Source: an uncultured Veillonellaceae bacterium (lineage in GTDB: Bacteria > Bacillota > Negativicutes > JARBTT01). From it: DNA of 64,000 bases. A model generated the notes under the pieces. The model searched no databases. It was given only the letters and a program-made list of their open reading frames with translations, and was not told the DNA's origin. The stretch lies in NCBI GenBank assembly GCA_963805085.1, contig CAWDTA010000002.1:672001-736000 (forward strand). Direction: 5' to 3'. The position numbers and the translations under genes were made by a program. Below, piece after piece: positions 44,955-56,130 of the stretch; positions within the stretch are counted from its first letter, which is position 1; each line of letters begins with the position of its first letter.

Positions 44955-46559
44955 TTGAAAAAATTTTTCGCGTTACTGGTATGTATCAGCGCTTTCGCTT
45001 TAGCATTTTTTCTCTTGTCACCACCAGCGAAAACAAATGGAACAATCCATGTCATTGCCGAAGCAACAACCAATCAAAAAATGATTGATGATACAAAAAA
45101 AACTACTACTTTTTTCAAACAATTTCTAGCCGAGGACATGCATATCGAACTGACACGTGATGTTAAAATAGTGATTTGCCCAACCAAGGAAAGCTACAAT
45201 ACAGTTTTACAGCGAGACATTCATTTGTCCAAAGATAGCGCACTCCGGCAAGCTAAGCTATCGGCTGGAATATCCAATGATAAGTTTCATACCATTGCCT
45301 TGAATGGTACAGCCGAAAAAATGAAGACACCGCAAAATAGCACCTCAGCTATTGCACATGAGTTGTTCCACCAAGTACAGGCTCAATTATCTAATAATAA
45401 GGATGATAAAGCTCTCTATTGGCTAAAAGAAGGTACCGCTGACTTTATCGGTGCCGCCATCGCAGAAAAAAATGGCTATCAAAGTAGGGAGCAATGGAAA
45501 TTAGATACGATAAATACGTTGCGAACTGCTGCTAGCTACACTTCGGCCTCGGATATTTTACATATTGACCTTGAAGAATGGACCAACCTAATGGAACAAA
45601 ATCAATTTCCCTATCAAATATCTGACTTAATGGTTTGTTATTTAGTATCAGAACAGCCAAACGATAAAGCTTACGCTTCAATTGCCGAATATTTCCGACT
45701 TGTCGATCGACTGGGTGATGGCGATAAAGCTTTTGAACAGGCCTTCGGGCTATCAATCAACCAATTTCTCCTTAACTTTCAGCACTGGTTCCTCACTACC
45801 ATGAGCCAACCCGCCCAAATAGAAATCGTTCGTCAACCAGAGATCGCTCCAGATGTAGCTGCCGACGTTGAGCATGGCGCAGCTTTGACCCGTCAATTTT
45901 TTCAAAACAAATGGAATTCCGATTTGAAGGCTTCTCAACGAATCGTGTTAACTGGCAATAAAGATACCTATACCTCCACTATCGCAAAAGAATTTAATTT
46001 TTCTACAGAAGATGCCGCGCAAAAATCTCAGAGCAGTGTCTGGTGGGGCAATAATAGCACCACGGTAGTTGATATGAGCTCCCTTTCTACGAAACACCAA
46101 ATCATCTTTGCCACTGCTACGATTATGGTGAAACGCTACCAGTTACAGGTCACTTCTCAAAAAAGCTTATCAACACTCAGTTGGTTAACGAATGGTAGTG
46201 CCGATGTCATTGCAGCTCATACAGTTGAGCTGGCTGGCATATATACCCTAGAAAACTATAAAACTTCTTGGCGGAATAGCCTGCGTAACTCAGCAGTAAT
46301 CCCTAATCTAGCTGAGTTACAAACTGAACAAGACTGGACAAATGCCAATACAAAGTATGGCTTCAACACTGTCTCCCATCTATCGGCTTTGGCAGTTGCT
46401 TCTTTGATTGAAAAATATGGTTTTGAATCAATTCATGCTTGGCTCGAAGCGACGAAAGAGTACGGTGATGCAGAAAAAGCCTTCCAATCTGTTTACGGAA
46501 TATCCCCAGCCCAATTTGCCGTCGATTACAAAAAATCTTTAACCAGACAACTAAAATGA
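44955..46559 (+). CDS. secreted protein with tandem zinc-metallopeptidase-like (HExxH) domains
   Basis: Signal peptide; AHELFHQVQ plus WLKEGTADF in domain 1; degenerate repeat WLTNGSADV..AFQSVYG in domain 2. Confidence 0.75.
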   Translation: MKKFFALLVCISAFALAFFLLSPPAKTNGTIHVIAEATTNQKMIDDTKKTTTFFKQFLAEDMHIELTRDVKIVICPTKESYNTVLQRDIHLSKDSALRQAKLSAGISNDKFHTIALNGTAEKMKTPQNSTSAIAHELFHQVQAQLSNNKDDKALYWLKEGTADFIGAAIAEKNGYQSREQWKLDTINTLRTAASYTSASDILHIDLEEWTNLMEQNQFPYQISDLMVCYLVSEQPNDKAYASIAEYFRLVDRLGDGDKAFEQAFGLSINQFLLNFQHWFLTTMSQPAQIEIVRQPEIAPDVAADVEHGAALTRQFFQNKWNSDLKASQRIVLTGNKDTYTSTIAKEFNFSTEDAAQKSQSSVWWGNNSTTVVDMSSLSTKHQIIFATATIMVKRYQLQVTSQKSLSTLSWLTNGSADVIAAHTVELAGIYTLENYKTSWRNSLRNSAVIPNLAELQTEQDWTNANTKYGFNTVSHLSALAVASLIEKYGFESIHAWLEATKEYGDAEKAFQSVYGISPAQFAVDYKKSLTRQLK

Positions 46560-46579
46560 ATTTCTCAGTCGATCCTATT

Positions 46580-46611
46580 TGCCAGCGTTTAGCGAACGCT
46601 GGCATTTTTTA
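46580..46611 (+). terminator. Rho-independent terminator
   Basis: TGCCAGCGTT-tagcg-AACGCTGGCA-TTTTTT. Confidence 0.8.
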
Positions 46612-46693
46612 TTTCAAAGTATATTTACAAAGTATAGTTTCATACTATGGATAGAGCTGTATCGCTTGATTACATGTTGTGAAAGGAGAAGCT

Positions 46694-47920
46694 ATGCTTT
46701 CTAAAAAATCATTATCTATGATCCTTCTATTTACTTTCTTCATTGGAACCGGCACCTATTTTACCTTTGGCGAAAATTTGATAGGGCCAACGCCGCACTA
46801 TATCACGCAGACCATAACTGCCGATTCTAAAACAACACGTACGATTGCTTGGCAAACAACACCATCCGAGATAGATCAGTTTTTAGAATATAAAAAATTG
46901 AATACATCGCAAACCACACTACTCGTGGCAAACTCACAAAAATTGACGACAAACGCAGAGGACATGACGCTTCACTGCGTTACGCTTACTGGATTAACAC
47001 CTGGTACGAGCTATGCGTATCGTGTTGGTAGCCATAATAACTGGTCTGATTGGCAAGAGCTTACTACGGAAGGGCTCAATACAACAAGTTTTAAGGCCAT
47101 CATTTTTGGTGATTCACAAAGTTCTGACTATGCCGTTTGGAAACAAACCGCACAAACTGCTTGGTCTAAAAATAAAGATGCCTCCTTTTTTATTAATATG
47201 GGAGATTTGGTTGATATCGGCTCACACTATGACCAATGGAAATCTTGGTTCGATGGCGCAAAGGGTATGATTGATACGATTCCTGTCGCACCACTCAGTG
47301 GCAATCACGAAAATTACTTGCCAGGTGGCACCTTTTCACCAGCGTTTCTATACCTTGAATTATTTAACCTGCCCATGAATGGTCCTGATGATCTAAAAGG
47401 ACAAGCCTATTCCTTTGATTATGGTGATGTCCACTTTGTCGTTTTAGATAGCCAAGCGGAAGAACTTGATAAGTTTCAACCAGACTTACTCATGAAACAA
47501 AAAACTTGGTTGGAGCAAAATCTAAAAGCCACCGCAAAACCTTGGAAACTTCTCCTGATTCATCGAGGTTTATTTAGCCATCCGGACGTTGCCAATTTAA
47601 ACGAACTCGGTAAAGCTTTTGTTCCTATTTTAGATCAATATCATGTCGACCTTGTTTTCACAGCGCATATTCATACGTATGGCAGAACCACCCCACTCCT
47701 CAATGGCAATGTCGCCGAAAAAGGTACTATTTATATCTCAACCGGTCGGTCTGGTGATAAAACGTGGTCAGATTCTAAACAAAAACCAACCGAAATCGTT
47801 TATGATAATGCGCTGGATATGCCAAATTATTTAACATTAGAAACAACTGGCAATACACTCAAAGTTACCAATATAAAGCAAGATGGCACCTTAATTGATC
47901 AATTTGTACTGAAAAAATAA
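46694..47920 (+). CDS. secreted purple-acid-phosphatase-like metallophosphoesterase with FN3-like N-domain
   Basis: GLTPGTSYAYRVG, FGDSQ, GDLVD, GNHE, AHIH; ATG 46694 after AAGGAGA. Confidence 0.85.
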   Translation: MLSKKSLSMILLFTFFIGTGTYFTFGENLIGPTPHYITQTITADSKTTRTIAWQTTPSEIDQFLEYKKLNTSQTTLLVANSQKLTTNAEDMTLHCVTLTGLTPGTSYAYRVGSHNNWSDWQELTTEGLNTTSFKAIIFGDSQSSDYAVWKQTAQTAWSKNKDASFFINMGDLVDIGSHYDQWKSWFDGAKGMIDTIPVAPLSGNHENYLPGGTFSPAFLYLELFNLPMNGPDDLKGQAYSFDYGDVHFVVLDSQAEELDKFQPDLLMKQKTWLEQNLKATAKPWKLLLIHRGLFSHPDVANLNELGKAFVPILDQYHVDLVFTAHIHTYGRTTPLLNGNVAEKGTIYISTGRSGDKTWSDSKQKPTEIVYDNALDMPNYLTLETTGNTLKVTNIKQDGTLIDQFVLKK

Positions 47921-47936
47921 AAATGTTCGTTCCACT

Positions 47937-48116
47937 TGTAAACTAGTACGAAGATAGGTCGCCGGTTGGTGAGAAGTGCTTAGATGCAAGGCGCAGTAAG
48001 AGCCTGTGAAGGAGTCGTACTTGTGTACGTTGACGAGCAGCACCTTACTGCAACGCCGCAGATGAGTGCTTATCGCCGACCCGCGATCTATCTGTCCATA
48101 GTTTGTCTACAACCTC
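47937..48116 (+). repeat. structured repeat (copy 3 of 3), MITE-like
   Basis: AGATAGGTCGC/GCGATCTATCT and GGTTGGTGA/TCGCCGACC stems; core GATGCAAGGCGCA..GAGTCGTA..TACGTTGA..GCAACGCCGCAGATG; right end TTTGTCTACAACCTC. Confidence 0.7.
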
Positions 48117-48279
48117 CGACATTACAAGTGTAACTTTGTAATGTCTTTTGTGTTTTTGCAAAGTATTTTGAATTCATTTTGCAAACAAAAGGAGACTTTA
48201 TAAAGTGAATCGAAGTGATACCCTTATAAAAAAATCAAAATCTATTGATTGGCTAACATTAAGGAGTGATCTGGATATT

Positions 48280-49218
48280 ATGAAAAAAAATAAAGTGGCT
48301 ATCATTGGTGCAGGCGCAGTAGGTTCATCTATTGCTTTTGACCTGATTATCCAAGGTATTTGTGATGAAATTTTAATCATTGATATTAATGAAAAAAAAG
48401 CCTTTAGCGAAGCCTTGGATTTAAACCATTGCATGGCTTATTCTAAACATACAACTAAAATAAAAGCGAGTAACTATACGGAATGCGGCGATGCTGATCT
48501 TATCATTATTACTGCCGCCGCCCCTTATATTCAAGGGCAATCACGCTTGGATATGCTTGCTACTGCAAAGAAAATTGTAAAATCGATCATAGAGCCGATC
48601 ATGGCAAGCGGATTCGCTGGGCATTTCGTCGTCATCACAAATCCTGTCGATATCATTTCTTACTACATATACAAATTATCTGGTCTGCCTAAGAATAAAG
48701 TAATTGGAACTGGTACTGCACTTGACTCCGCTAGACTTAGAAGTATCTTAGCTAACTTAATCGGCGTCGAATCAAATAGTGTTCAGGCATACACAATCGG
48801 TGAACATGGTGATTCACAAATGATCCCTTGGAGTACTGTCAATATTGCTGGCAAAACCTTTGCCGATATTTTAATAGATAATAAAGATCGACTTGGCACA
48901 ATAGACCTCAACCAAATTCTAGAGGAAACAAGACGTGCTGGGTTTGAAATTGCTGCCGGTAAAGGTACGACGAATTATGGAATTGCCGCAACCACCGTTG
49001 ATATTGTGAAGGCCATTCTAAATGATGAAAACAAAATTATTCCTGTTTCCGCGTTACTTGAAGGTGAATACAATCAAACCGATGTTTATGTTGGCGTTCC
49101 AGCTATCGTAAATGGTAAAGGCGTTTCGGAAATTGTTGAACTTCACTTAACCGCAGAAGAAGCCGAAAAATTTGATCAATCCGTGACCATTATCAAGAAT
49201 TATATTGCACAGCTATAA
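48280..49218 (+). CDS. ldh: L-lactate/malate dehydrogenase family enzyme
   Basis: GAGAVG, TNPVD, GTALDSARLR, GEHGDS, GTTNYGIA; ATG 48280 after AAGGAG; atypical substrate loop. Confidence 0.8.
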   Translation: MKKNKVAIIGAGAVGSSIAFDLIIQGICDEILIIDINEKKAFSEALDLNHCMAYSKHTTKIKASNYTECGDADLIIITAAAPYIQGQSRLDMLATAKKIVKSIIEPIMASGFAGHFVVITNPVDIISYYIYKLSGLPKNKVIGTGTALDSARLRSILANLIGVESNSVQAYTIGEHGDSQMIPWSTVNIAGKTFADILIDNKDRLGTIDLNQILEETRRAGFEIAAGKGTTNYGIAATTVDIVKAILNDENKIIPVSALLEGEYNQTDVYVGVPAIVNGKGVSEIVELHLTAEEAEKFDQSVTIIKNYIAQL

Positions 49219-49238
49219 GCTCTAACGACGAAAGCTTC

Positions 49239-49269
49239 AAATAAAAAAATCGGGTGGCTATCCTTTTTT
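49239..49269. repeat. orphan half-terminator, direct repeat of 59409-59437
   Basis: AATCGGGTGGCTATC is identical at 49248-49262 and 59420-59434. Confidence 0.7.
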
Positions 49270-49351
49270 CATTTTGTTACGCCATAAGTGTAGACAAAAT
49301 TTGAGCATCTGCACTTATTTTTTAAAGTATAAAGTTTATTGGTCTAACTAA

Positions 49352-51331
49352 TCAAACTTTAAATTTCTTAATTGCATCTTGCAAATCAATTGCCATTTTT
49401 GATACATACTGGCTAGACGATGCTATTTCTTCCATTGCCGCCGATTGTTCTTCTGTAGCTGCCGAAATTGTTTGGGTTTGTTCTGCTGTATTTTTACTTT
49501 CGTGATTCATATTTTGTGCCGCATTAACTACACTTTGCGTACCACTTGTCAATTGTTCACTAGCCGCTGAAATTTCATGAATCTGATCTGATATTGCTTT
49601 AATCATTTTCAAAATCTCCCTAAAGCTTTGACCTGCTAGATTAACCACTTTTGCACCTATATCGACTTCTTTTTTACTTTCTTTCATAAAGGAAACAGCG
49701 CTATCGGTTTTAGCTTGTACTTCACTAATCAAGCCAGTAATTTGTTTTGCCGCTCCACTTGATTGTTCCGCAAGTTTACGAACTTCTTCAGCAACAACAG
49801 CAAATCCTCGTCCGGCTTCGCCAGCTCTAGCCGCTTCAATTGCAGCATTTAGCGCTAATAAATTCGTTTGCGCCGCGATGCTAACGATTACCTCAATAAT
49901 TTGTCCAATCTGACTTGATTTTTCTTCTAATATAGCAATGACAGTTACTGTATCATTGGTTTTTTGTTCAATAACACCCATTTGGGTAACAACTTTTTCT
50001 ACTGCTTTTTCACCATTACTGGCTGAAACTGCTGTCTTTGCAGTCGAGGTTGCCACCACCATAGTATTTTCTGCAACTTGATTAATTCCTTTTGCCATTT
50101 CAGCTACAATATTACTAGTGCCATTTGCCAATTCAAGTTGATTTTCAGCACCACTAGCCACTTCAATAATTGAACCAGCTACTTGATTTGACGCTTGTGC
50201 CGCTTGTTCTGCACTCGCCGTAAGTTGCTGCGTCGAAGCAACAACCTGTTCAGATGTTACATTTACTTTGGCAATTAATTGCCGAAGCTGATATACCATT
50301 TTATTAAAACTGCTTGCTAATTTCGCGACTTCATCACTGCCAGTTACTATCGCTTGAATTGTCAAATCTCCGCCAGATACAATATTGGCTTGATCAGCTA
50401 ACATTTCTATCCGCCTTGTTATTCGTTTTGCAATAAAATTAGTTGCAATAAAAATTACTATTATCGCAAAAAATGCCGCCAATCCAAATAACCATTTTAA
50501 TTTTACAAGAGGTGCGTACACAATCGCTTGTGGCACACCAATCGCCAAAATCCATCCCGTCGTCGGTACTTTTTGATAAGCTATAATTTGATTTTCATTA
50601 TTATAACAAACATTCATTAATCCTTGATCTTTAATCCGTGCCGTCTTGAAGAGGTCTGCTAAAACGTTTAGCTTTTGATCCTCAAGAATATTTTTCGACA
50701 TCAAATCAGCATCAGGATGTGCCAAGATTACACCTTTGGCGTCAATAAGAAAAGCATAGCCCACTCCATGAAAATTAATATTGCTAACATTATCCAGCAA
50801 TGTTTGAAGTAATATATCTTCAGCAAGAACTCCACGCACTTGTTCCGTTGAACTTTTTAATGGCACCGCCACCGATACCGCCATTTTATTGGTACCTTCA
50901 TCCAAATATGGATCAGTAATGATAAGCTTTTCCTTCTCATGTGCCTCTTTATACCAAAGGCGAGAACGCGGATCAAAATCGGGCCCCGCAATCCAGCCAC
51001 TACCATCAACCATTTTTCCATCAGAAGAACCGAAGTACATTGTAAGTAGCTCTTTATCAAAAAAATTATATCCTGCCACCATCGGCGTTGTTATTTCTCC
51101 ATCGCCAACTGTAGTTTGTATAGTGCCGGCTACGATTTCCAGCATATCTACTTTTCCGATTAACCAGCCATTAATAGTATTCACATGCGAGCTAACCGTA
51201 GCATTCATTTCTTGCTTAATCCCTTCCGACACTTGTTTTTCAGAAAATAAATAACCAATAATGGAAAACACTAAAATGATTGTTACCATTAATAACGAAA
51301 AGATTAACGTTAATTTATTCTTTAAGTTCAA
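49352..51331 (-). CDS. methyl-accepting chemotaxis protein (dCache-HAMP-MCP)
   Basis: Two TMs, [14 protein letters not shown] Cache motifs, [35 protein letters not shown]. Confidence 0.93.
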   Translation of the reverse strand: MNLKNKLTLIFSLLMVTIILVFSIIGYLFSEKQVSEGIKQEMNATVSSHVNTINGWLIGKVDMLEIVAGTIQTTVGDGEITTPMVAGYNFFDKELLTMYFGSSDGKMVDGSGWIAGPDFDPRSRLWYKEAHEKEKLIITDPYLDEGTNKMAVSVAVPLKSSTEQVRGVLAEDILLQTLLDNVSNINFHGVGYAFLIDAKGVILAHPDADLMSKNILEDQKLNVLADLFKTARIKDQGLMNVCYNNENQIIAYQKVPTTGWILAIGVPQAIVYAPLVKLKWLFGLAAFFAIIVIFIATNFIAKRITRRIEMLADQANIVSGGDLTIQAIVTGSDEVAKLASSFNKMVYQLRQLIAKVNVTSEQVVASTQQLTASAEQAAQASNQVAGSIIEVASGAENQLELANGTSNIVAEMAKGINQVAENTMVVATSTAKTAVSASNGEKAVEKVVTQMGVIEQKTNDTVTVIAILEEKSSQIGQIIEVIVSIAAQTNLLALNAAIEAARAGEAGRGFAVVAEEVRKLAEQSSGAAKQITGLISEVQAKTDSAVSFMKESKKEVDIGAKVVNLAGQSFREILKMIKAISDQIHEISAASEQLTSGTQSVVNAAQNMNHESKNTAEQTQTISAATEEQSAAMEEIASSSQYVSKMAIDLQDAIKKFKV

Positions 51332-51668
51332 AATCGTCTCCTCCTAAATTTTCACTACATGAAAAACTAAATAACCTCTAGCTTTTTAGCTATTTATTAA
51401 AAAATTATGAATATTTTTCTCATTTTATAAATGATATTAATAGTCACGATTTCATAGGTTTATACTTATACAGTATCGTTGCTTTTTTATCAATAACATA
51501 CTATAATTATGTAATATATGTGGTATTTATAATTGATTTCACTGTAGTAATTCGTGCAGAATCATCATTGCATCGCTTATAGTCTTAATTTTCATACACA
51601 TAAAGACATTCTTAACTGCAAACCCTAATTCGGAAGTTACTAACTACTACTAAGAAGGAAGTTGTACT

Positions 51669-52478
51669 ATGGACGATATCAAAAATAATATCATTAATGA
51701 ACTGACCAAAATTGGATTGACTAAATACGAAGCTATGGTATATATAGCTTTATTAAAAACCCCCCGGATTACTGCTTATGAACTCAGTAAACGTTCCAAT
51801 GTCCCACAATCCAAAGTATACGCTACTGTCAAAGATCTTGTTCGTAAACGCATAATTACATTGTCCGATCAGCTATCTCCCAGCAAATATATCGCTATTC
51901 CCCTAGAAGATTTTTTAGAAAACTATAAAAAAGAAACCGCATCCCGTATAGAATACATAAAAGAAAATACTAAACATATAAATGATAGTACGGAATATGA
52001 TTATTTTCTGCACTTTTATGGTACAGATGAAATAAACACTAAAGTCAAAGATATGATCATTAACAGCAAAAAGAGTATTTATTTAGACATTTGGGCAGAG
52101 GATTATGAGGCGTTATATAATGATTTGCTTTCAGCGCATAATAGAGGTGTCAAGATAGTTTCTGTTATTTATGGAAAAGTCAACAATGAATTAGGCACTG
52201 TATACTATCATGAAATGGCGGGTATGAGGGAAGATGCTAATGAAAACGGCAAGTGGCTATCGTTAGTCATTGATTACTCTCAATGTTTATTCAGTATCCT
52301 AAAAATTAAAGATAGCTGCGCTGTCTGGACACAAAATGAGTCTTTTATGCTTGTTACCGAATGTTTTATAACGCATGATATACTTATTGCAGAAATATAC
52401 TCTAAATTTAGGCCTCTGCTAGATAAAGAATTCGGCTATAATTTGGCAAATATAAGAAAAAACTTATATATAGGATAA
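51669..52478 (+). CDS. TrmB-family transcriptional regulator
   Basis: GLTKYEAMVYIALL..TAYELSKRSNVPQSKVY winged HTH. Confidence 0.85.
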   Translation: MDDIKNNIINELTKIGLTKYEAMVYIALLKTPRITAYELSKRSNVPQSKVYATVKDLVRKRIITLSDQLSPSKYIAIPLEDFLENYKKETASRIEYIKENTKHINDSTEYDYFLHFYGTDEINTKVKDMIINSKKSIYLDIWAEDYEALYNDLLSAHNRGVKIVSVIYGKVNNELGTVYYHEMAGMREDANENGKWLSLVIDYSQCLFSILKIKDSCAVWTQNESFMLVTECFITHDILIAEIYSKFRPLLDKEFGYNLANIRKNLYIG

Positions 52479-52578
52479 GTCTAATTTATCTACTTCTTAT
52501 TTACATAATCTTAGACCTCCTTAAACCTCCTTAAACCTCCATTGTGCTAAACAATGGAGGTTTAAGATATTCACTACA

Positions 52579-53517
52579 CTATTGCGTTATAATTGTTCCG
52601 GCATTCCCAAGCAATGCATTCTTTGCACTTTCTAAGGAGGCAATTATTGCTTTTTTACTAGGATTTGCAGTAACGAACTTAACAGCTGCTCGTATTTTAG
52701 GAAGCATGCTCCCAGTACCAAATTGCCCTTCCTTAATATATTTTTCTGCATCATTTACCGTTATGACATCTAAATTTTTTTGATTGGGCTTTCCAAAATT
52801 TATGGCAACCTTTTCTACTGCTGTCAAAATGACTAGTATATCTGCATCTAATTCATCTGCCAACCTTGCAGAGGCTAAATCCTTATCGATTACTGCCGCT
52901 ACACCTTCAAGGCTATTATCTTCTTTTTCAATTACAGGTATTCCACCGCCACCAGTAGATATAACAACTTGACCAGCATTTACCAACCTTTTGATGGTAT
53001 CAATTTCAACAATTTTTTTAGGATCTGGAGATGCCACAACTCTTCTGTATCCCCTCCCCGAATCTTCCATCATGACATATCCTCGCTCTTGACTCAAGTT
53101 TTCTGCTTCATCTTTTTTATAGTAAGGACCAATTGGTTTTGTCGGGTTTTGAAAGCCACTGTCATTTTTATCAACAACAGTTTGTGTAATAAGAGTTACC
53201 ACCGATTTATTTATATTCTTTTTCTTCAATTCTTCTCCTAGTGCTTGCTGAATATGATAGCCAATCATTCCTTGGCTCATTGCACCACAAACATCAAAGG
53301 GCATGGATGGTGTTACTTGCTTCGCACATTCATTTTGCACAACCAGTCTTCCTACTTGAGGACCATTCCCATGGACTATAACAATTTGATTACCACTTTC
53401 AATCATATTTGCCAAATGTACGGCTGTGCTTCTGATTGTTTTTAATTGACATTCTGCTGTTGCTGGTTGTCCTTCTGCTTGTAAGGCGTTTCCACCTAAT
53501 GCTATTATTGCTCTCAT
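52579..53517 (-). CDS. arcC: carbamate kinase
   Basis: ALGGNAL, HGNGPQVG, PTKPIGP, AVIDKD, GSMLPK. Confidence 0.95.
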   Translation of the reverse strand: MRAIIALGGNALQAEGQPATAECQLKTIRSTAVHLANMIESGNQIVIVHGNGPQVGRLVVQNECAKQVTPSMPFDVCGAMSQGMIGYHIQQALGEELKKKNINKSVVTLITQTVVDKNDSGFQNPTKPIGPYYKKDEAENLSQERGYVMMEDSGRGYRRVVASPDPKKIVEIDTIKRLVNAGQVVISTGGGGIPVIEKEDNSLEGVAAVIDKDLASARLADELDADILVILTAVEKVAINFGKPNQKNLDVITVNDAEKYIKEGQFGTGSMLPKIRAAVKFVTANPSKKAIIASLESAKNALLGNAGTIITQ

Positions 53518-53591
53518 AATGATTCTCCCTTCTTTTTCTTAGTAAAATTCGTCCAAAATATTGTTCGTTAAACATTTACAATCGATCTGAA

Positions 53592-55013
53592 TTACCCTAA
53601 ATTACCTGTAGCCATCATTACTAAAGCACTGATCCCAGCTACAACAAATACAATTGCTAATAATTTTTCAAAGGTCGAAAATACCTTTTGACCTTTTTCC
53701 TTTTTAGCCTTAACAAAAACTACTATGCCCGCTGCATAAAGAATCGTAACCATCAAAACATAGCTAAGCCCTGCCGCATAAACAAGCCATGCCGCATAAA
53801 CGCTAGATATTACCGCACAAATAAGATCATTACTTTTTCCTTGTGGATTAATGTCATATGTTTCTCCGGTATACGCCAATTTCCAGCCATATAGTCCGCT
53901 AAACAAATACGGAATCAATATAGCAGAACTCGCAATTGAATATAAAGCCTGATATGTACTACTTGAAAATAAAGTTATAATAAGTGAAATCTGAACTAAT
54001 ATGTTCGTGAATGTCAATGAAATTACGGGTGCGCCATTACTGTTTTCCTTTGCAAATACTTTGGGGAATATACCATCTTTTGCAGCTACATAAGGAACTT
54101 CGGCCGATAAAAGCGACCATCCCAATAGTGCTCCAAACAGCGAAACGACTAGACCAGCGTTTATAATAACAGCCCCCCACTTGCCAACAAGAAATTCAAG
54201 AACGTACGCCATAGAAGGAGTCTCTTGTTGCGCTAAATCTATTTGATTCATTACCCCCAAAGACAGTACTGATATTAAAACATATATTGCAAGCGTTCCG
54301 ATTAAGCCCACAACTGTAGCTATTCCTACGTCTCTTTGAGTTTTAGCTCTTCCAGAAAAAACAACAGCGCCTTCAATTCCGATAAACACCCATAAAGTTA
54401 CTAACATCGTGCTTTTTACTTGATCAACTACACTGCCTAATTCTGGATTTGATTTGCCCCAAAAATCCAGCGAAAATATATCAACATTAAAAAATACAAT
54501 ACATGCAATGATAAAAAGAAATATAGGGACAAGTTTAGCAACCGTTGTTAGAACATTGATAAATGCTGCTTGTTTGACGCCTCGTGATATTAAAGCTTGA
54601 AGCCCCCATATAAGAATTGACGCGCAAATGATTGATATTAAATTATTTCCTTTACCAAAAACCGGGAAGAAATATCCTAATGCGCCGAATAACATCACTG
54701 CATAAGATACATTGCCAAGCAATCCACTCAGCCAATAGCCCCAAGCCGAATTAAATCCGATATAATCTCCAAATCCGGCTTTTGCATAACTATAAATTCC
54801 GCCACTTAATTCTGGTTTTCTCGCCGAAAGAGTTTGATATACCAACGCAAGAGCTATCATGCCAATTCCTGTAATTAGCCAACCGATAAGAATGGCACCA
54901 ACACCTGCTCCTTTAGCCATATCTGTCGGTAACGCAAAAGCGCCACCGCCGATCATCGAACCAACAACCAATCCACCAAGTGAAAGCACTCCTAATTTAC
55001 CATCTTTTTCCAA
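53592..55013 (-). CDS. arcD: arginine/ornithine antiporter
   Basis: [27 protein letters not shown]; about 12 TMs. Confidence 0.92.
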   Translation of the reverse strand: MEKDGKLGVLSLGGLVVGSMIGGGAFALPTDMAKGAGVGAILIGWLITGIGMIALALVYQTLSARKPELSGGIYSYAKAGFGDYIGFNSAWGYWLSGLLGNVSYAVMLFGALGYFFPVFGKGNNLISIICASILIWGLQALISRGVKQAAFINVLTTVAKLVPIFLFIIACIVFFNVDIFSLDFWGKSNPELGSVVDQVKSTMLVTLWVFIGIEGAVVFSGRAKTQRDVGIATVVGLIGTLAIYVLISVLSLGVMNQIDLAQQETPSMAYVLEFLVGKWGAVIINAGLVVSLFGALLGWSLLSAEVPYVAAKDGIFPKVFAKENSNGAPVISLTFTNILVQISLIITLFSSSTYQALYSIASSAILIPYLFSGLYGWKLAYTGETYDINPQGKSNDLICAVISSVYAAWLVYAAGLSYVLMVTILYAAGIVVFVKAKKEKGQKVFSTFEKLLAIVFVVAGISALVMMATGNLG

Positions 55014-55092
55014 GGGAAGTCATCCCCCTTCTATTTTTATTGCGATATTGTCACGCTTATATAAGAGTGACAATATCGCCTAAATAGTTACA

Positions 55093-56094
55093 TTATTCTC
55101 CTAATGTTGCAACCATAATAGCTTTAATTGTGTGCATTCTATTCTCTGCTTCATCAAAAACTACTGAATGTTTACCTTCAAAGACTTCATCCGAAACTTC
55201 CATTTCTTTCAGGCCAAATTTTTCATAAATTTCTTTACCAACTTTAGTTTTTAGATTATGGAAAGCAGGCAAACAATGTTCAAATATCACCTTTTCATTC
55301 CCTGTTAATCTAATCATCTCACTGTTTATTTGATATTCTTTTAGTAATTTTATCCTTTGTTCCCATACTTCGTTTGGTTCGCCCATTGATACCCAAACAT
55401 CTGTATAAAGGACATCTGCGTTTTTAACGCCTTCGGCAACGTTATCAGTTATGGTAATTTTAGCACCGGTGTCTCTTGCTACTTCGCGACATTTATTCAA
55501 TAAATCTTCGGTTGGAAATAGTTCTTTGGGTGATACAATTCTAAAGTCCATGCCCATCTTTGTGGCTCCGATCATAAGTGCATTGGCAACATTATTCCGT
55601 CCATCACCAATGTAGGCAAACACCATCTCGTTATACGGTTTATTTAGATGTTCTTGTGCTGTTAAAAAATCAGCTAATACTTGAGTAGGATGATCAGCAT
55701 CTGTAAGACCATTCCATACAGGGACACCAGAATATTTCGCCAAGTCATCAACAATGGATTGATCAAAACCTCTGTATTCAATACCATCATACATTCTACC
55801 AAGAACTCTTGCCGTGTCAGCAATTGATTCTTTTTTCCCCATCTGGCTTCCCGTTGATCCTAAATACGTAACATGAGCACCTTGGTCAAGAGCTGCCACT
55901 TCAAAAGAACACCTTGTTCTTGTAGAATCTTTTTCAAAAAGCAGCACAATATTTTTCCCTTTAAGTTTTTTTTGTTCAGTTCCCATATATTTAGCTCGTT
56001 TTAAGTCTCTTGCTAAATCAAGCATGTATTGTATTTCTTTTGGTGAAAAATCCATTAGTGTTAAAAATTCTCTATTTCTTAAGTTAAAACCCAC
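55093..56094 (-). CDS. arcB: catabolic ornithine carbamoyltransferase
   Basis: DSTRTR, HPTQ, DVWVSMG, HCLP, ENRMHT; hairpin at ~55043-55079 downstream. Confidence 0.95.
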   Translation of the reverse strand: MGFNLRNREFLTLMDFSPKEIQYMLDLARDLKRAKYMGTEQKKLKGKNIVLLFEKDSTRTRCSFEVAALDQGAHVTYLGSTGSQMGKKESIADTARVLGRMYDGIEYRGFDQSIVDDLAKYSGVPVWNGLTDADHPTQVLADFLTAQEHLNKPYNEMVFAYIGDGRNNVANALMIGATKMGMDFRIVSPKELFPTEDLLNKCREVARDTGAKITITDNVAEGVKNADVLYTDVWVSMGEPNEVWEQRIKLLKEYQINSEMIRLTGNEKVIFEHCLPAFHNLKTKVGKEIYEKFGLKEMEVSDEVFEGKHSVVFDEAENRMHTIKAIMVATLGE

Positions 56095-56130
56095 TTTAAT
56101 CTCTCCTTTATTTTCTATTAATGATATAAT

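Noticed and set aside
49285-49323. GTGTAGACAAA resembling an IS1182-type end at the arc island edge
   Set aside because: Explained as one arm of the hairpin ATAAGTGTAGA/TCTGCACTTAT terminator between ldh and the MCP gene
52514-52565. AAACCTCCTT tandem repeats
   Set aside because: Slippage copies of one arm of the trmB/arcC terminator; no spacers, so not CRISPR
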